From Dendrobates tinctorius (taxonomy: Eukaryota): a stretch of DNA of 64,000 bases. The stretch is from the NCBI RefSeq assembly GCF_039654945.1, contig NW_027361696.1:11842001-11906000 (forward strand), in the 5' to 3' direction. The notes under the pieces were generated by a model that saw nothing but the letters and a program-made list of their open reading frames with translations, was not told where the DNA came from and did no database searches. Position numbers and translations under genes: made by a program. Of the stretch, positions 1 through 12,100 are shown in pieces. Position 1 is the first letter of the stretch. Every line of letters starts with the position of its first letter.

Positions 1-142
1 GGGCCTGGCCCTGAAGATTGAACCCTCCTCCAACACTGTGGCTGAAGGTCAGACCCTGGAGCTGAACTGTGTGGTCTCTGGGTCCCCGAGTTCTGCCGTT
101 TCCTGGCACCGGAAGAGTCAGCCGCTCTCCCCCAACCACCAG
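1..142 (+). CDS. HSPG2: HSPG2 exon (5' truncated by window), N-half of Ig domain
   Basis: GLALKIEPSSNTVAEGQTLELNCVVSGSPSSAVSWHRKSQPLSPNHQ; donor GTGAGC at 143. Confidence 0.92.
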
Positions 143-3100
143 GTGAGCGGCTGATGGCTGCAGTCACTCCTCCAATCTCATCGGCCGCTGATGGCATCGT
201 TGGGCTCTGGATTCAGCGGCAGCTGCAGATATTACAGGCGAGAATGGCCGATTGTGGATGATCCTCCTGATTATAGCCATTAACCCTTCACTTGTACACA
301 GGTGCTGGGATCTCGTCTGCGCATTGTCCATGCGTCGGTGGCGGACTCCGGCGAGTACATCTGCCGCCTCACCTCCGGAGCAGTCACTCGTCAGGCCGTC
401 ATCACGGTGACTATTACTCGCGCCATCAACCCCGTGCACTGTGAGTCGGATGATTGCATCTCTGGTTAATTTTTAGACTTTTCATTATACTTAAGTCCGA
501 TGTCCTGATATGTTCTCAGCTGGCATCACCCCCACCATCCGCATCGAGTCCCCACTTAGTGCTGTGTCTGAGGGTCAGACTGTGGTCCTGAACTGTGTGG
601 TGGAAGGACAGACGCGTCAGGAGGTGTCATGGTACCGACAGGGACAGCCGCTCTCTCACAATCACCAGGTATCATCACTACTCCTACCAAGGTGTTGTTA
701 GATGTGGTAACACTGCAGAGTATATGGGGGCATCACCCAGGACCCCGCTATCTGGGCCGAGCGGCCTTTCCAATAGTGTGACCAGACAGCCCGAGCATCT
801 GCAGTCCATCAGACACTGACCAGACTTTGCTCCACTCACACCCAGGTTGACGGCTCTCGGCTGCGCATACTTAACGCCTCCCCCCAGGACTCGGGTGAAT
901 ACATCTGCCAGGTGAGCGGCAGCTCTGGGATCCAGGCCGCCTCCATCACCGTCTCCATTGAAGGCTCCAGGCACAGTAAGTCTTTTGTTATCTTGTATTT
1001 TCTCTTCTATTTTCCTTGCTGCCTTTTATTATCTTTTCTTTTTTTTCCTTGTTGCCTTTTATCATCTTTTCTTATTTTTTTCCTTGTTGCCTTTTATCAT
1101 CTTTTCTTTTTTTTCCTGCTGCCTTTTATTAGCTTTTTTCCTTGTTGCCTTCTATTAGCTTTTCTTTTTTACCTTGTTGCCTTTCATCATCTTTTTTTTC
1201 CTTGTTGCCTTTTATCATCTTTTCTTTATCATCTTTTCTTTTTCTTTCCTTGCTGCCTTTCATCTTTTCTTATTTTTCCTTGTTGCCTTTTATTATCTTT
1301 TCTTCTTTTTTACCTTGTTGCCTTTTATTATCTCTTCTCTTTTCTCTTTTCCTTGTTGCCTTTTGTTATCTTTTCTTCTTTTTTCCTTGTTGCCTTTTGT
1401 TATCTTTTCTTCTTTTTTCCTTGTTGCCTTTTATTATCTCTTCTATTTTTCTTGTTGCCTTTTATTATCTCTTCTCTTTTACCTGTTGCCTTTTATTATC
1501 TTTCCTTATTTTTCCTTGTTGCCTTTTATTATCTTTTCTTCTTTTTCCTTGTTGCCTTTTATTACCTCTTCTATGTCCAGGTTTACTGCTTTTCTGCAGA
1601 TTTGAGACTTGATCATCCTCTCTGGATATGTCCAGCATCACCTTTCTGACAAGTTTTTCTTGCCTATGGGCTCGGGGCATTTATTTCTCTTCGTGACGTT
1701 TATTTTCTATGTGATTTTGTTCTTGTAGAATTCCAATATGAACGACGTCCAGAGGAGAATTTGTTTTTCTGGTTCTGTCTCGTTTCTACCCTTACTAATG
1801 GGGCTCTCATCGCAGCCCGCCTGACAGATTCCCGCTATAACGATGGTGGTCATTTATCAGAATATTCTATTTCAGACTCCGGCATATCGGGAGCGATTAG
1901 GATTGAACCGTCATCCCAGACTGTGGAGGAAGGGCAGAACCTGGAGCTGAGCTGCCTCATGGAGGGGCTTTCTGGCCATTCAGTCACCTGGCACCGGTCT
2001 AATGGACGTCCGCTAAGTACTAATCACCAGGTAAGTGAGGCGCGGTCGCCGATGTGCTGCCCACAAATTCGGCAGACTCTCTAATACTCCACTGTTGTCT
2101 GTCAGGTTGTGGGACCACGAATGCGAATCATTGGAGCCACTGTGGCTGATTCTGGCGAGTACGTCTGCCAGGTGAACACCGGATCCAGGGTTCAGGAAGC
2201 CGCCATTACTGTCATCGTGCGGCATTCATCACAAGGTGGGTTGCAAGGGAGATCTGTGCCAGGTGAAAACTCAGTCTATGGCCATCCATCCACAAGACAG
2301 GCGGCCAGAAAAAGAAAGACGTCCTCATGAACTTCTGACCATTGGGGTCCGCAGCCGAGGGCTGAGGTTGTGTGTAATGACTTCCATCTTCTGTCTGTGT
2401 CCTCAGTGCCAGCAAACATCCCCACCCCGATCCTCATAGAGAAGACCCCAGGTCCCGTAGCCGAGGGGCAGACCGTGGATGTAAACTGTGTGGTCATCGG
2501 ACATCCAGATGCCGCCGTTACCTGGATGCGTCCAGGAGCGAGCTTCTCTCCAAACCACCAGGTAACAGAAGATCACCATGTGTTTGAGGTGGTCCCTGCA
2601 GTCCTATGTAGCACCGGTGATACTGGAGTAGATATTACCTGCAGATCCATATAGTACCTGAAAAAATGTAGTAGATGTTACGTGCAGTTCCATGTAACAC
2701 CTGAGATAATGTAGTAGTTACCTGCAGTCATGTGTAACAGCTGAGATACTGTAGTAGATGATACCTGCAGTCCCATGTAACACCTGAGATATTGTAGTAG
2801 ATGTTACCTGCAGTCCCATGTAACACCTGAGATACTGTAGATGTTACCTGCAGTCCCATGTAACATCAGAGATACTGTAGATGTTTTCTGCAGTCCTATG
2901 TAACACCAGAGCCACTGTAGTATATATTACCTGCAGTTCTATGTAACACTAGAGAAACTGTAGTAGATGTCACTTGCAGTCCCATGTAACACCATTCTTC
3001 TCCCACTGTGGATGTGATTTTTAGATTTCGGGATCCCGGCTCCGCATCGTGCAGGCCTCTAGTGCAGACTCAGGGGAGTATGTCTGCCACTACCGCTCTC

Positions 3101-6100
3101 TTTCTGGCGCACTCAAGGCCTCCGTCCTCATCAGCGTCCTCTCTGGGGTGCAGAACGTTTACCGTAAGTCTCTATCTTCCCAATCGGCGCTCTTTGTCCT
3201 CTATGGGACGCAGAACGTTCACCGTAAGTCCCCTTCTTCCCAATCGGTGCTCTTTGTACTCTATGGGGTGCAGAACGTTCACCGTAAATCCCCTTCTTCC
3301 TGCTGTCCTCTATGGGGTGCAGAACATTTACCGTAAGTTCCCGTCTTCCTGCTCGGCGATTCTTGTTCTCTATGGGGCGCAGAACGTTCACCGTAAGTCC
3401 CATTCTTCCTTCACGGCGGTTCTTGTCCTCTATGGGGCCAGAACGTTCACCGTAAGTCCCATCTTCCTGCTTGGCGGTTCTTGTCCTCTATGGGGCACAA
3501 AATGTTTACCATAATTTCCCATCTTCCTGCTCGGCGGTTCTTGTCCTCTATGGGGCGCAGAACGTTCACCATAAGTCCCCTTGTTCCTGTTCGGCGGTTC
3601 TTTTCCTCTCCGGGGTGGACAACGTTCACCGTAAGTCCCCTTCTTCCTGTTTGGTAGTTCAAGTCCTCTCCGGGGAGCAGAACGTTCACCGTAGGTCACA
3701 TTCTTTCTGCTCGGCAGTTCTTGTCCTCTATGGGGCTGTTGACATTCCTCTGATTTCTAGGGCTCGAGTCTCCAGTCATCTCCATCAATCCTCCCAGTGC
3801 CACCATTCGCAAGGGGGAAAATGCCACATTTAAATGCCACGTTCACACGGGGGCTCAGCCGATACGTGTCACTTGGAAGATGGGCCAGAATCAGCCTGTG
3901 CAGGGTAAGGTGTTGGGGCAGGATCTGAGGCGTCAGTGTGAGGAGCTCTGCTCATCTCTGCCCTGTCTCTGCAGATAATGTCCACATCAGCTCCAACGGC
4001 TCTATTATAAATATCGTGGGGGCCCATCACAAGAACCAGGGCGCGTACCGCTGCATGGCCGCCAATGCCTTCGGGGCAGTGGACAGCGCTGTCACTCTGG
4101 TGGTGGAAGGTGAGTGACAGCACGAGATCAGCAGCAGCAGTGCCACACTGGCCATGATGGTTTCTCATCTTCCCTGTAATTTCCAACTACAACTGGTGGC
4201 AGATGCTATTATCTTGCGGCGGCGGTGGAAGTCATCGGTGTCCGTGCATTATTGTGTTCTAGGACGTCCCACAGTGTCGGTGATTCCTCCCGGACCGATT
4301 AAGGTGAATGTGGGAGAAACCGTGTACCTGGAATGTTCTGGGGTGGGAGACCCTCGTCCTGTGGTCAGCTGGCGTCGTACCGGATCTAGACAGACCATCC
4401 GACAACAGAACCATGTTCCACTGGACAGTCACGCGGTGCTACAGGTACTGACCCCTGAGCCGCCACACACTCTGTACTGGACCTGTGCTACAGAACCATC
4501 GTATCACCAATCCTCCTTTCCACACATAGGGTATACCGCCCATGGGCACAGTGTATACTGTCCCCGGGCGCGCAGTGTATACTTCACAGTGTATACCACA
4601 GCGCAGTCTATACGGCCCCCTTGCATGAAGTGTACACCGCCCCGTGCGCAAAGCGTATACCGAATGTGCAGTGTATACCGTCCCCACATGCGCAGTGTAT
4701 ACGTCCCCCTTGCACGAAGTGTACACCGCCCCCGCGCCACAGTGTATACCGCCCCCCATGCGCAAAGTGTATACCGCATGCGCAGTGTATACCGTTCCCG
4801 CATGCGCTGTGTATATGTCCCCGTAGTTTATACCACCCCCCATGCGCGAGTGTATAACGCCCTGCACAAACAATGAATATGTGGTGACAACATGTGTTTG
4901 GTGAGCACAGTTTGGGTAGGATCCTGTGTGGCACCAATGACCTGTAGTCAGTGGATCAGCGCTTGGTTCTCACCGTCCATGTGGCTGCTGTATTCAGGTT
5001 CCTCATCACTTTCTGCCGTAGATTACCTCGGTGAAGCTGGGCGACTCTGGATCTTACACCTGCGTTGGACACAACCCGGCTGGCTCTGCCCAGGTCCTCG
5101 TGGACGTAATTGTTGAAGACCGAGTGATGAAGCCGAGCGCTCCGGCGGCCTCTGTGGAGCAGTCCGTGCACGTGGTGCTGGCCGGGGAGACCGCCACGCT
5201 GCGATGTTCTGCTGCAGGTGACGTCGCCTGTTTCTTCACAAATCCTTTTTTCTATTTTATCAACAGAAACTAAATTTTTCCATTTCCTTGTTGTGCAGGA
5301 AACCCAACTCCGAGCATCACATGGTCCAAGCTGCGGGCGCCACTACCCTGGCAGCACCAGATTGTGAACGACAGCCTGGTCATCCCCAGAGTGGCACAGC
5401 AGGACTCGGGGCAGTACATCTGCAATGCCTCCAACGCTGATGGCCACTCCGAGGTCTTCATCACCCTGGACGTGGAAAGTAAGAAGCGCTCTGCAGCCGT
5501 GTCTTCGCCGCACGACCCGGACTGTGGGGACATCGCTCACTCCTGACAGCAGAATGTTGTGCTTCTGGCACTATCTGCATGAGCTCAGACATGGCAGCAG
5601 GTTACTGAGGCCTCCACCCACACTGAGCGCACCGATGTTTTACACCTGGGGTGATGTTGCTCTGAATATGGGGTTATATGCGGTGATGTTGCTCTCAATA
5701 TGGGTTTACATGTGGTGTCGTTGCTCTGAATACGAGGGTATATGTGATGGTGTTGCTTTGAATACGAGGGTACATGTGATGGTGTTGCTCTGAATATGGT
5801 GGTACATGCAGTGACGTTACTCTGAATACAGGGTGTCACGTAGCCGCTTCTCAGCACGTGACTTGGGGTTGCACCTGCAAGGCTTAATCTATCTCCTCTC
5901 ACTCAATCCAGCATTCAACCTCTGTCCTATGCTGCAATGGAAGCATAAATCACACCCCAACACAGACCACTCTACCCCGCTTCATACACGCTGCCACCAC
6001 TCACCGAACACACAGGCGAACACACAGGCGATGAGTCCCGGAAAATCTACTATTACTGTCTGCCAATCACTAAGATCACACACTCTTAGGTAATGGATTC

Positions 6101-9100
6101 TTTTCGAGTATACAAGGTTCAAACATATTAAAGTTTTAAGCTTTAATAGAAAAGGTACAGTGCTTACCATAAAAGGATATAAAAAACTATGGGAATAAAA
6201 GGTGACATACAAATATGCAAAACTGTTATAAAATAAAAGGGAGAAGCTTACAGAAATATCTAAACTTTTCAGTCTGGTATTCTGTTCCCGGGGGGGGGGG
6301 GATGAATATGAAATGGATCACATCAGCTTGGCTGTCCTCAATCTGTGAACAACTTTCTTTGTGTAGGCCCAATTTATAGGCTTAGCCTGGAGATCAGATT
6401 TCTATACCAGCCTCTCATGGTAATATTCTAATTCCTGGTTTGTGACTGGACGATACTTTACCAATGAATACATTTAGTTTTTCTCTTTGTCGTAAACTTT
6501 CTTTCTCATAGTAAATAGAAAGTGTCAGGCTGCACTAGGTCCCATTTGGCATCTTCCTTCAAAGGCGTCAGAGGTGTGAAATAGTTCCAATTCTGTGTGT
6601 TCTCAGAAAGGCACCCTGGGATCTGAGACCTTTGTGAAGAGCTGCAGCCTAAGAACAGGTGCCAATTTACTGCCAGTCTTACATCACCTACAAATACATA
6701 TTTCCACTGCACAGGGGTACTGTGACGGTAGTGACAATAGTCAAAATCCATGGACAGGCCGTGAGTCAGAGAAGTCAGACTTTTCGAGGTGGGTAAATAG
6801 CAAAAGAATATCTAGTAAACCAAGGGAAAACACGAAGTCTTAAGTCAGGTCACATGTCAGGGTCAGAATACCTGAGAAACAACAGATAAGCAAAGGCTCA
6901 ATAACAAACGGGTTGTCTGAGCACAGTTCAAAGGTCAGCAGCAGAATATCAGATGCAAAGGGGCAATAACAAACGGGTAGTCAAAACACGGTCCAAAGGT
7001 CAGCAGTGGAATATCAGATACAAAGGGGCAATAACAAACTGGGTGTACATGTGGTGGTGTGGCACTGAATATGAGGATACATGTTGCTCTGAATATGGGA
7101 AAACGTGTGTTGTTGCTCTGAGTATGGGTGTACATGAAGTAACATTGCTCTGAATATGGGTGTACTTGCGGGGACGTTGCTCTCAGTTTGGTGGTACATG
7201 AGGTTACATTGCTCTGAATACGGGTGTACTTGCAGGGAAATTACTCAGAGTGTGGGGATACATGAGGTGACATTGCACTGAATACGGGGTACATGTGATG
7301 TGCCTCTGAACACGGAGTACATGTGGTGACATTGCTCTGAATACAGGTGTACTTGCGGGGATATTGCTCTGAGTTTGGAGGTACATGAGGTGACAATGCA
7401 CTGAATACGGTGTACATGTGTTATTGCTCCGAATACGGGGTACATTTGGTGATTGGCTCTGAATACTGAATATGGGGTACATGTGATGACATTGCACTGA
7501 AAACGGGGGTACATGCGGTGATGTGGCTCTGAATACAGGGGACATGGGGAGTTGTTGAAGTGAATGCAGAGGTACATGCAATGACATTGCACTGAATACG
7601 GGGGTACATGCGGTGATGTGGCTCTGAATACAGGGTACATGTGGAGACGTGGCTCTGAATACGTGGTACATGTGGTGACATGGCTCTTTATACGGGGGTA
7701 CATGTGGTGTGGTGAGGATTCTTTTTCAGTGTCCACTTTTTTCCGTTTTCCCCAGACCCGCCGTACGCTACTACCCTCCCTGATGAGCTGTCCGTCAGTG
7801 TCGGGGAGCCCATCCGGTTGCAGTGTTTGGCGCACGGGACTCCTCCTCTTAAATTCCAGTGGAGTAAAGTGAATGGTTCGGTGCCACGCTCCGCCGAGCT
7901 GCCTGACGGCGTCCTGCTCATCGGTCGGGCGGCAGCCGCAGACGCCGGCACCTACCGCTGTGTCGTCAGTAACAAGGTTGGAGAAAGTGCGGCCCTGACC
8001 CACATCAGTGTTGTAGGTGAGTGATGAAGAGCTCCACCATGTTGTATCGTCTCGGAGGTCTCCGCCATGCTGGGGGCCACATCCTGGGGTCGGATATGCC
8101 CCGCTGCCATCGCCCTCCTCACCACGGGATCATTGCTCTCACTGACTTCTCCTTTTTCCTTTCTGCAGCTCCCTTTTCTGTCCGGGTGTCACCTCAGGTC
8201 GACACCAAGGCTGTGGGTGACACAGCAGAGTTCACCTGCACCGTCCTGGGAGTTCCCCGGGCAAAGATCCAGTGGATTAAAGAGGGTGGAGAGCTCCCAT
8301 CTAATCACACAGTGGACGGGGCCTGGATCCGGTAAGAGGGGTCTCACCCCGCACACATTGTAATTCCCCCCTCAGATCTAACCCTGTGGGATGGGAACGC
8401 CGCGCCGTGTAAGGCCACTGGGTATTCGCAACTCTGAGAGCTCGGGCGGGGGAACATTTACTGACTGCGGAGGGTTTGACCGCTGGGACCAGGCCTGGAC
8501 CACAAGAATTGTGCTCCATATGATGGGCCCCTAAGAATGGGGCCCATCTGTATGGAGAACAATTCTTGTAGTCCAGTCCTTGTCTGTGGGACCATCAGAG
8601 TAAGTGGAGCACCGACCTCCCCTCCACTTAATTTAGACAGAGCCACTCCCCCCATTCAGGGTTAGATCAGACCCCAGTAGTGATTGAGAGATCTCCCACC
8701 CTATGGAAAATCCTGGGCAGCCATCATTAGAGCCCAGGTGTTCAGCGGCTCTGCTCATGGGGCCGCCATCATTCCTGCAGGTTGGCGTCTCATCTGCGAG
8801 TCACTTATACTCCAAGAATTATGCACCAACCACTCGCCCCAATGCTCTGGAGAAACCCATCACCTCAATGTCTGGCCCGTCACTCGAGGTCTGGCGAGTC
8901 ACCCCGAGATCTGGCCTGTCACCCCAAGGTCTGGCAAGTTACCCCGAGGTCTGGCCCATTATCCCATGGTCTGGCTCATCACCCCGAGGTCTGGCCCACT
9001 TTCCCAACATCTGGCCCATTATCCCAAGGTCTGACTTTTCACCCCGAGGTCTGGCCCGTCACTCCGAGGTCTGGCCCATTATCCCAAGGTCTGGCTCATC

Positions 9101-12100
9101 ACCCCGAGGTCTAGCCCATTTTCCCAAGGTCTGGCTCATCACCCCGAGGTCTGGCCCTTTATCCTAAGGTCTGGTTCATCACCCTGAGGTCTGGCCCATT
9201 ATCCCAAGGTCTGGCCCATTATCCCAAGGTCTGACTCGTCACCCCGAGGTCTGGCCTGTCACCCCAAGGTCTGGCCCATTATTCCGAGGTCTGGCTCATA
9301 ACCCCGAAGTCTGGTCCATTTTCCCAAGGTCTGGCCCATTATCCCAAGGTGGTCTGGCTCATCACTCCGAGGTCTGGTCTGTCACCCTGAGGTCTGGCCC
9401 ATTATTCCAAGGTCTGACTCATCCCGAGATCTGGCCCATCATCCCGAGGTCTGTCCCGTCACCCCGTGGTCTGGCCCATTATCCCAAGGACTAGCTCAGC
9501 ACCCCGAGGTCTGGCCCCGTGTGTTCAACCCATGGTCTGGCTCGTCATCCTGAGGTCTAATCCATCACCCCAAGGTCTGGCCCCATGTGATGACCCTGAG
9601 GTCTGGCCCATCACCCCGAGGTCTGGTCCGGTGTGTTGACCCTGAGGTCTAGTCCATCACCCCGATATCTGACCCCATTTGTTCATCCCAGGATCACCAA
9701 CTTGGAGCGAGGGAATGAAGGCGTCTATACTTGCAGAGCCAGTAGCAAGTTGGGTCAGGCCCAAGACAGTGGGAAGCTGGTGGTCCAAGGTGAGTTCCAG
9801 GACTCTGGGACTGGATGGAGACTGCTGGAGCTGGTCTGTCCCTGACACACCCTTGTCTTCTCACCATCAGTGCTGCCAAAAGTCAGAATTAACATCCGCA
9901 CTTCGGTGCAGACCGTACTGGCCGGAAACTCTGTGGAGTTTGAATGTCTTGCTATTGGAGACCCTGGTGCCAAAGTCACCTGGAGCAAAGTGGGAGGCCG
10001 GCTGTCGAGTGATGCCATTGTGAGTGGCGGCCTGCTGCGGATGGAGCAGGTGAAGCAGTCAGACGCTGGACAGTACCGTTGCACAGTCACCAATCACGTG
10101 GGCGAGGTGCAGTCCCATGTCATCCTCCATGTGCAGTGTAAGGGGACGTTCTTGTTTTATCTCCTCCTCTTCTTCCCCTCGATATCTCCTGACTCATCAT
10201 TGTCTTCATCTTCACAGCCGTCCCGCAAATCGCTGCCCAACCAGAGATGAAGGAGATTACAACCGGATCCACCGCTGTCTTTCCCTGCCTGGCATCTGGA
10301 TTCCCGGTGCCTGAAATCACATGGACTAAGGTACAGTGTGTGAGGCTCTCCACCAGGGGTTCACCACCACATGTGGGCAGTCAGAAGGCCCCCCAGTAAC
10401 CGGGGAACACCAGCACATGTGTACAGTTGGAGGGGCCCTCAGGACCCCAGGTATTCCACCACATGTGGGCAGTCGGCTGCCTCCCCTGTAATCGGATTAC
10501 AACACCACATTTGGGCAGTCGGAGTGCCTCCCCTGTACTCGGGGTACACCGCCACATGTGGGCGGTCGGAGTGCCTTCCCTGTACTCGAGACCTCCCAGT
10601 ACCTCAGAATACACCACCACATGTGTGCAGTGGGAGGGGCCCTCAGCACCCAAGGTATACCAACGCATGTGGGCAGTCGGAGGGGCCTTCAGTACCTGAG
10701 GTATACCACCATATCTGGGCAGTCGAAATGCCTCCCCTGTAATCGAGGTACATCACCACATGTATACAGTAGGAGTACCTCCCCCTGTAGATACATATGT
10801 ACATATGATGTCTGGGTCGTCTGACTCTCCTCTGTGTTGTGACAGCTGGAGGGCGACCTCCCCAGTGAAGCTGGAATAGAGAATAACGTCCTCACGATAC
10901 CGTCTGTGAAGCCTGAAGATGCCGGCACTTATGTGTGCACCGCCGCCAACCGCCAGGGCAGAGTTACCGCCTTCTCCATGCTTAAAGTGCGAGGTGAGAC
11001 GTTGTAGGAAGAGAATTTCTAGGGTTCATTATCTGTGTCTACAGACCGTTCTTGATATGGGAAAGGCTTCGGAGCTATGTCTTGTCTGGCACAGGTCCTT
11101 GCCAGGGGCAGTGTCGAGTCTGGCAGAGGCCCCTACTCCAGGGTGGTGTTGTGTCTGGCAGAGGCCCTTCTCTGGGCCGGTGTCCTCTCCGGCAGAGGTC
11201 CTTCTCCGGGCCGGTGTCCTCTCCGGTGGAGGTCCTTCTCCGGGCTGGTGTCCCTCCGGCAGAGGTCCTTCTCGGGGGAGGTATCCTGTTTGGCAGAGGT
11301 CCTTCTCGGGGAAGGTATCCTGTTTGGCAAAGGTCCTTCTCGGGGGCAGGACACTGCCCCCGAGAAGGACCTCTGCCAAACAGGACACCTTCCCCAAGAA
11401 GGACCTCTGCCAAACAGGGCACTGCCCCTGAGAAGGACCTCTGTCTTGTTCGGCAGAGGTCCTTCCCAGGGTGGTGTCCTCTCCAGCAGAGGTCCTTCCC
11501 TGGGGCTGTGTCTTGTCTGGCAGAGGTCCATCTCATGGGCCGTGTTTTGTCTGGCAGAAGTCCGTCTGTCTAGCAGAGGTACTTCTCCGGGGCAGTGTCT
11601 TGTCTGGCAGAGGTTTGTTTCTGGGGCCATGTTTTGTTCGTACAGGACTGGCTCCAGGTCATGTCTTGTTCTGCACAGGCTCAGCTCCAGGGCTGTGTCT
11701 TGTTCGGAAAAGTTCCGGATCCAGGTCCAGGTTTTGTTCGGTAGAGGTCCTTCTCCCGGACCGTGTCTTGTTCGGCATAAATCCGGCTCCAGGGCTGTGT
11801 TTGGTTTTGTAGATGTCTGTCTCTGGGCCCTTGTCTTGTTCAGCACAGGTCCAGCTCCAGGGCTGTGTTTTGTTCTGTAGATGTCCAGCTCTGGGGCCTT
11901 GGCTTGTTCGGTGCAGGTCCGGCTCTGGGGCCTTGTCTTGGTCGGCACAGGTTCGGCTACGGGCCTTGTCTTATTCGGTGCTGGTTTGGCTCCAGGGCTG
12001 TGTTTTGTTCTTTAGAAGTCCGGCTCTAGAGCTGTAGCTTGTTTGTAACAAGTCCGACTCCAGGGCTGTTGCTTGTTTGGCTCCAGGGTTGTATTTTGTT

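Noticed and set aside
912-1649. Long Phe/Leu-rich ORFs resembling a multi-pass membrane protein
   Set aside because: Translations of a pyrimidine-rich intronic minisatellite, open in all three frames because stop codons are rare.
7204-8003. Minus-strand ORFs of 155-252 aa
   Set aside because: Made of minisatellite plus the antisense of an HSPG2 exon; no independent coding signal.
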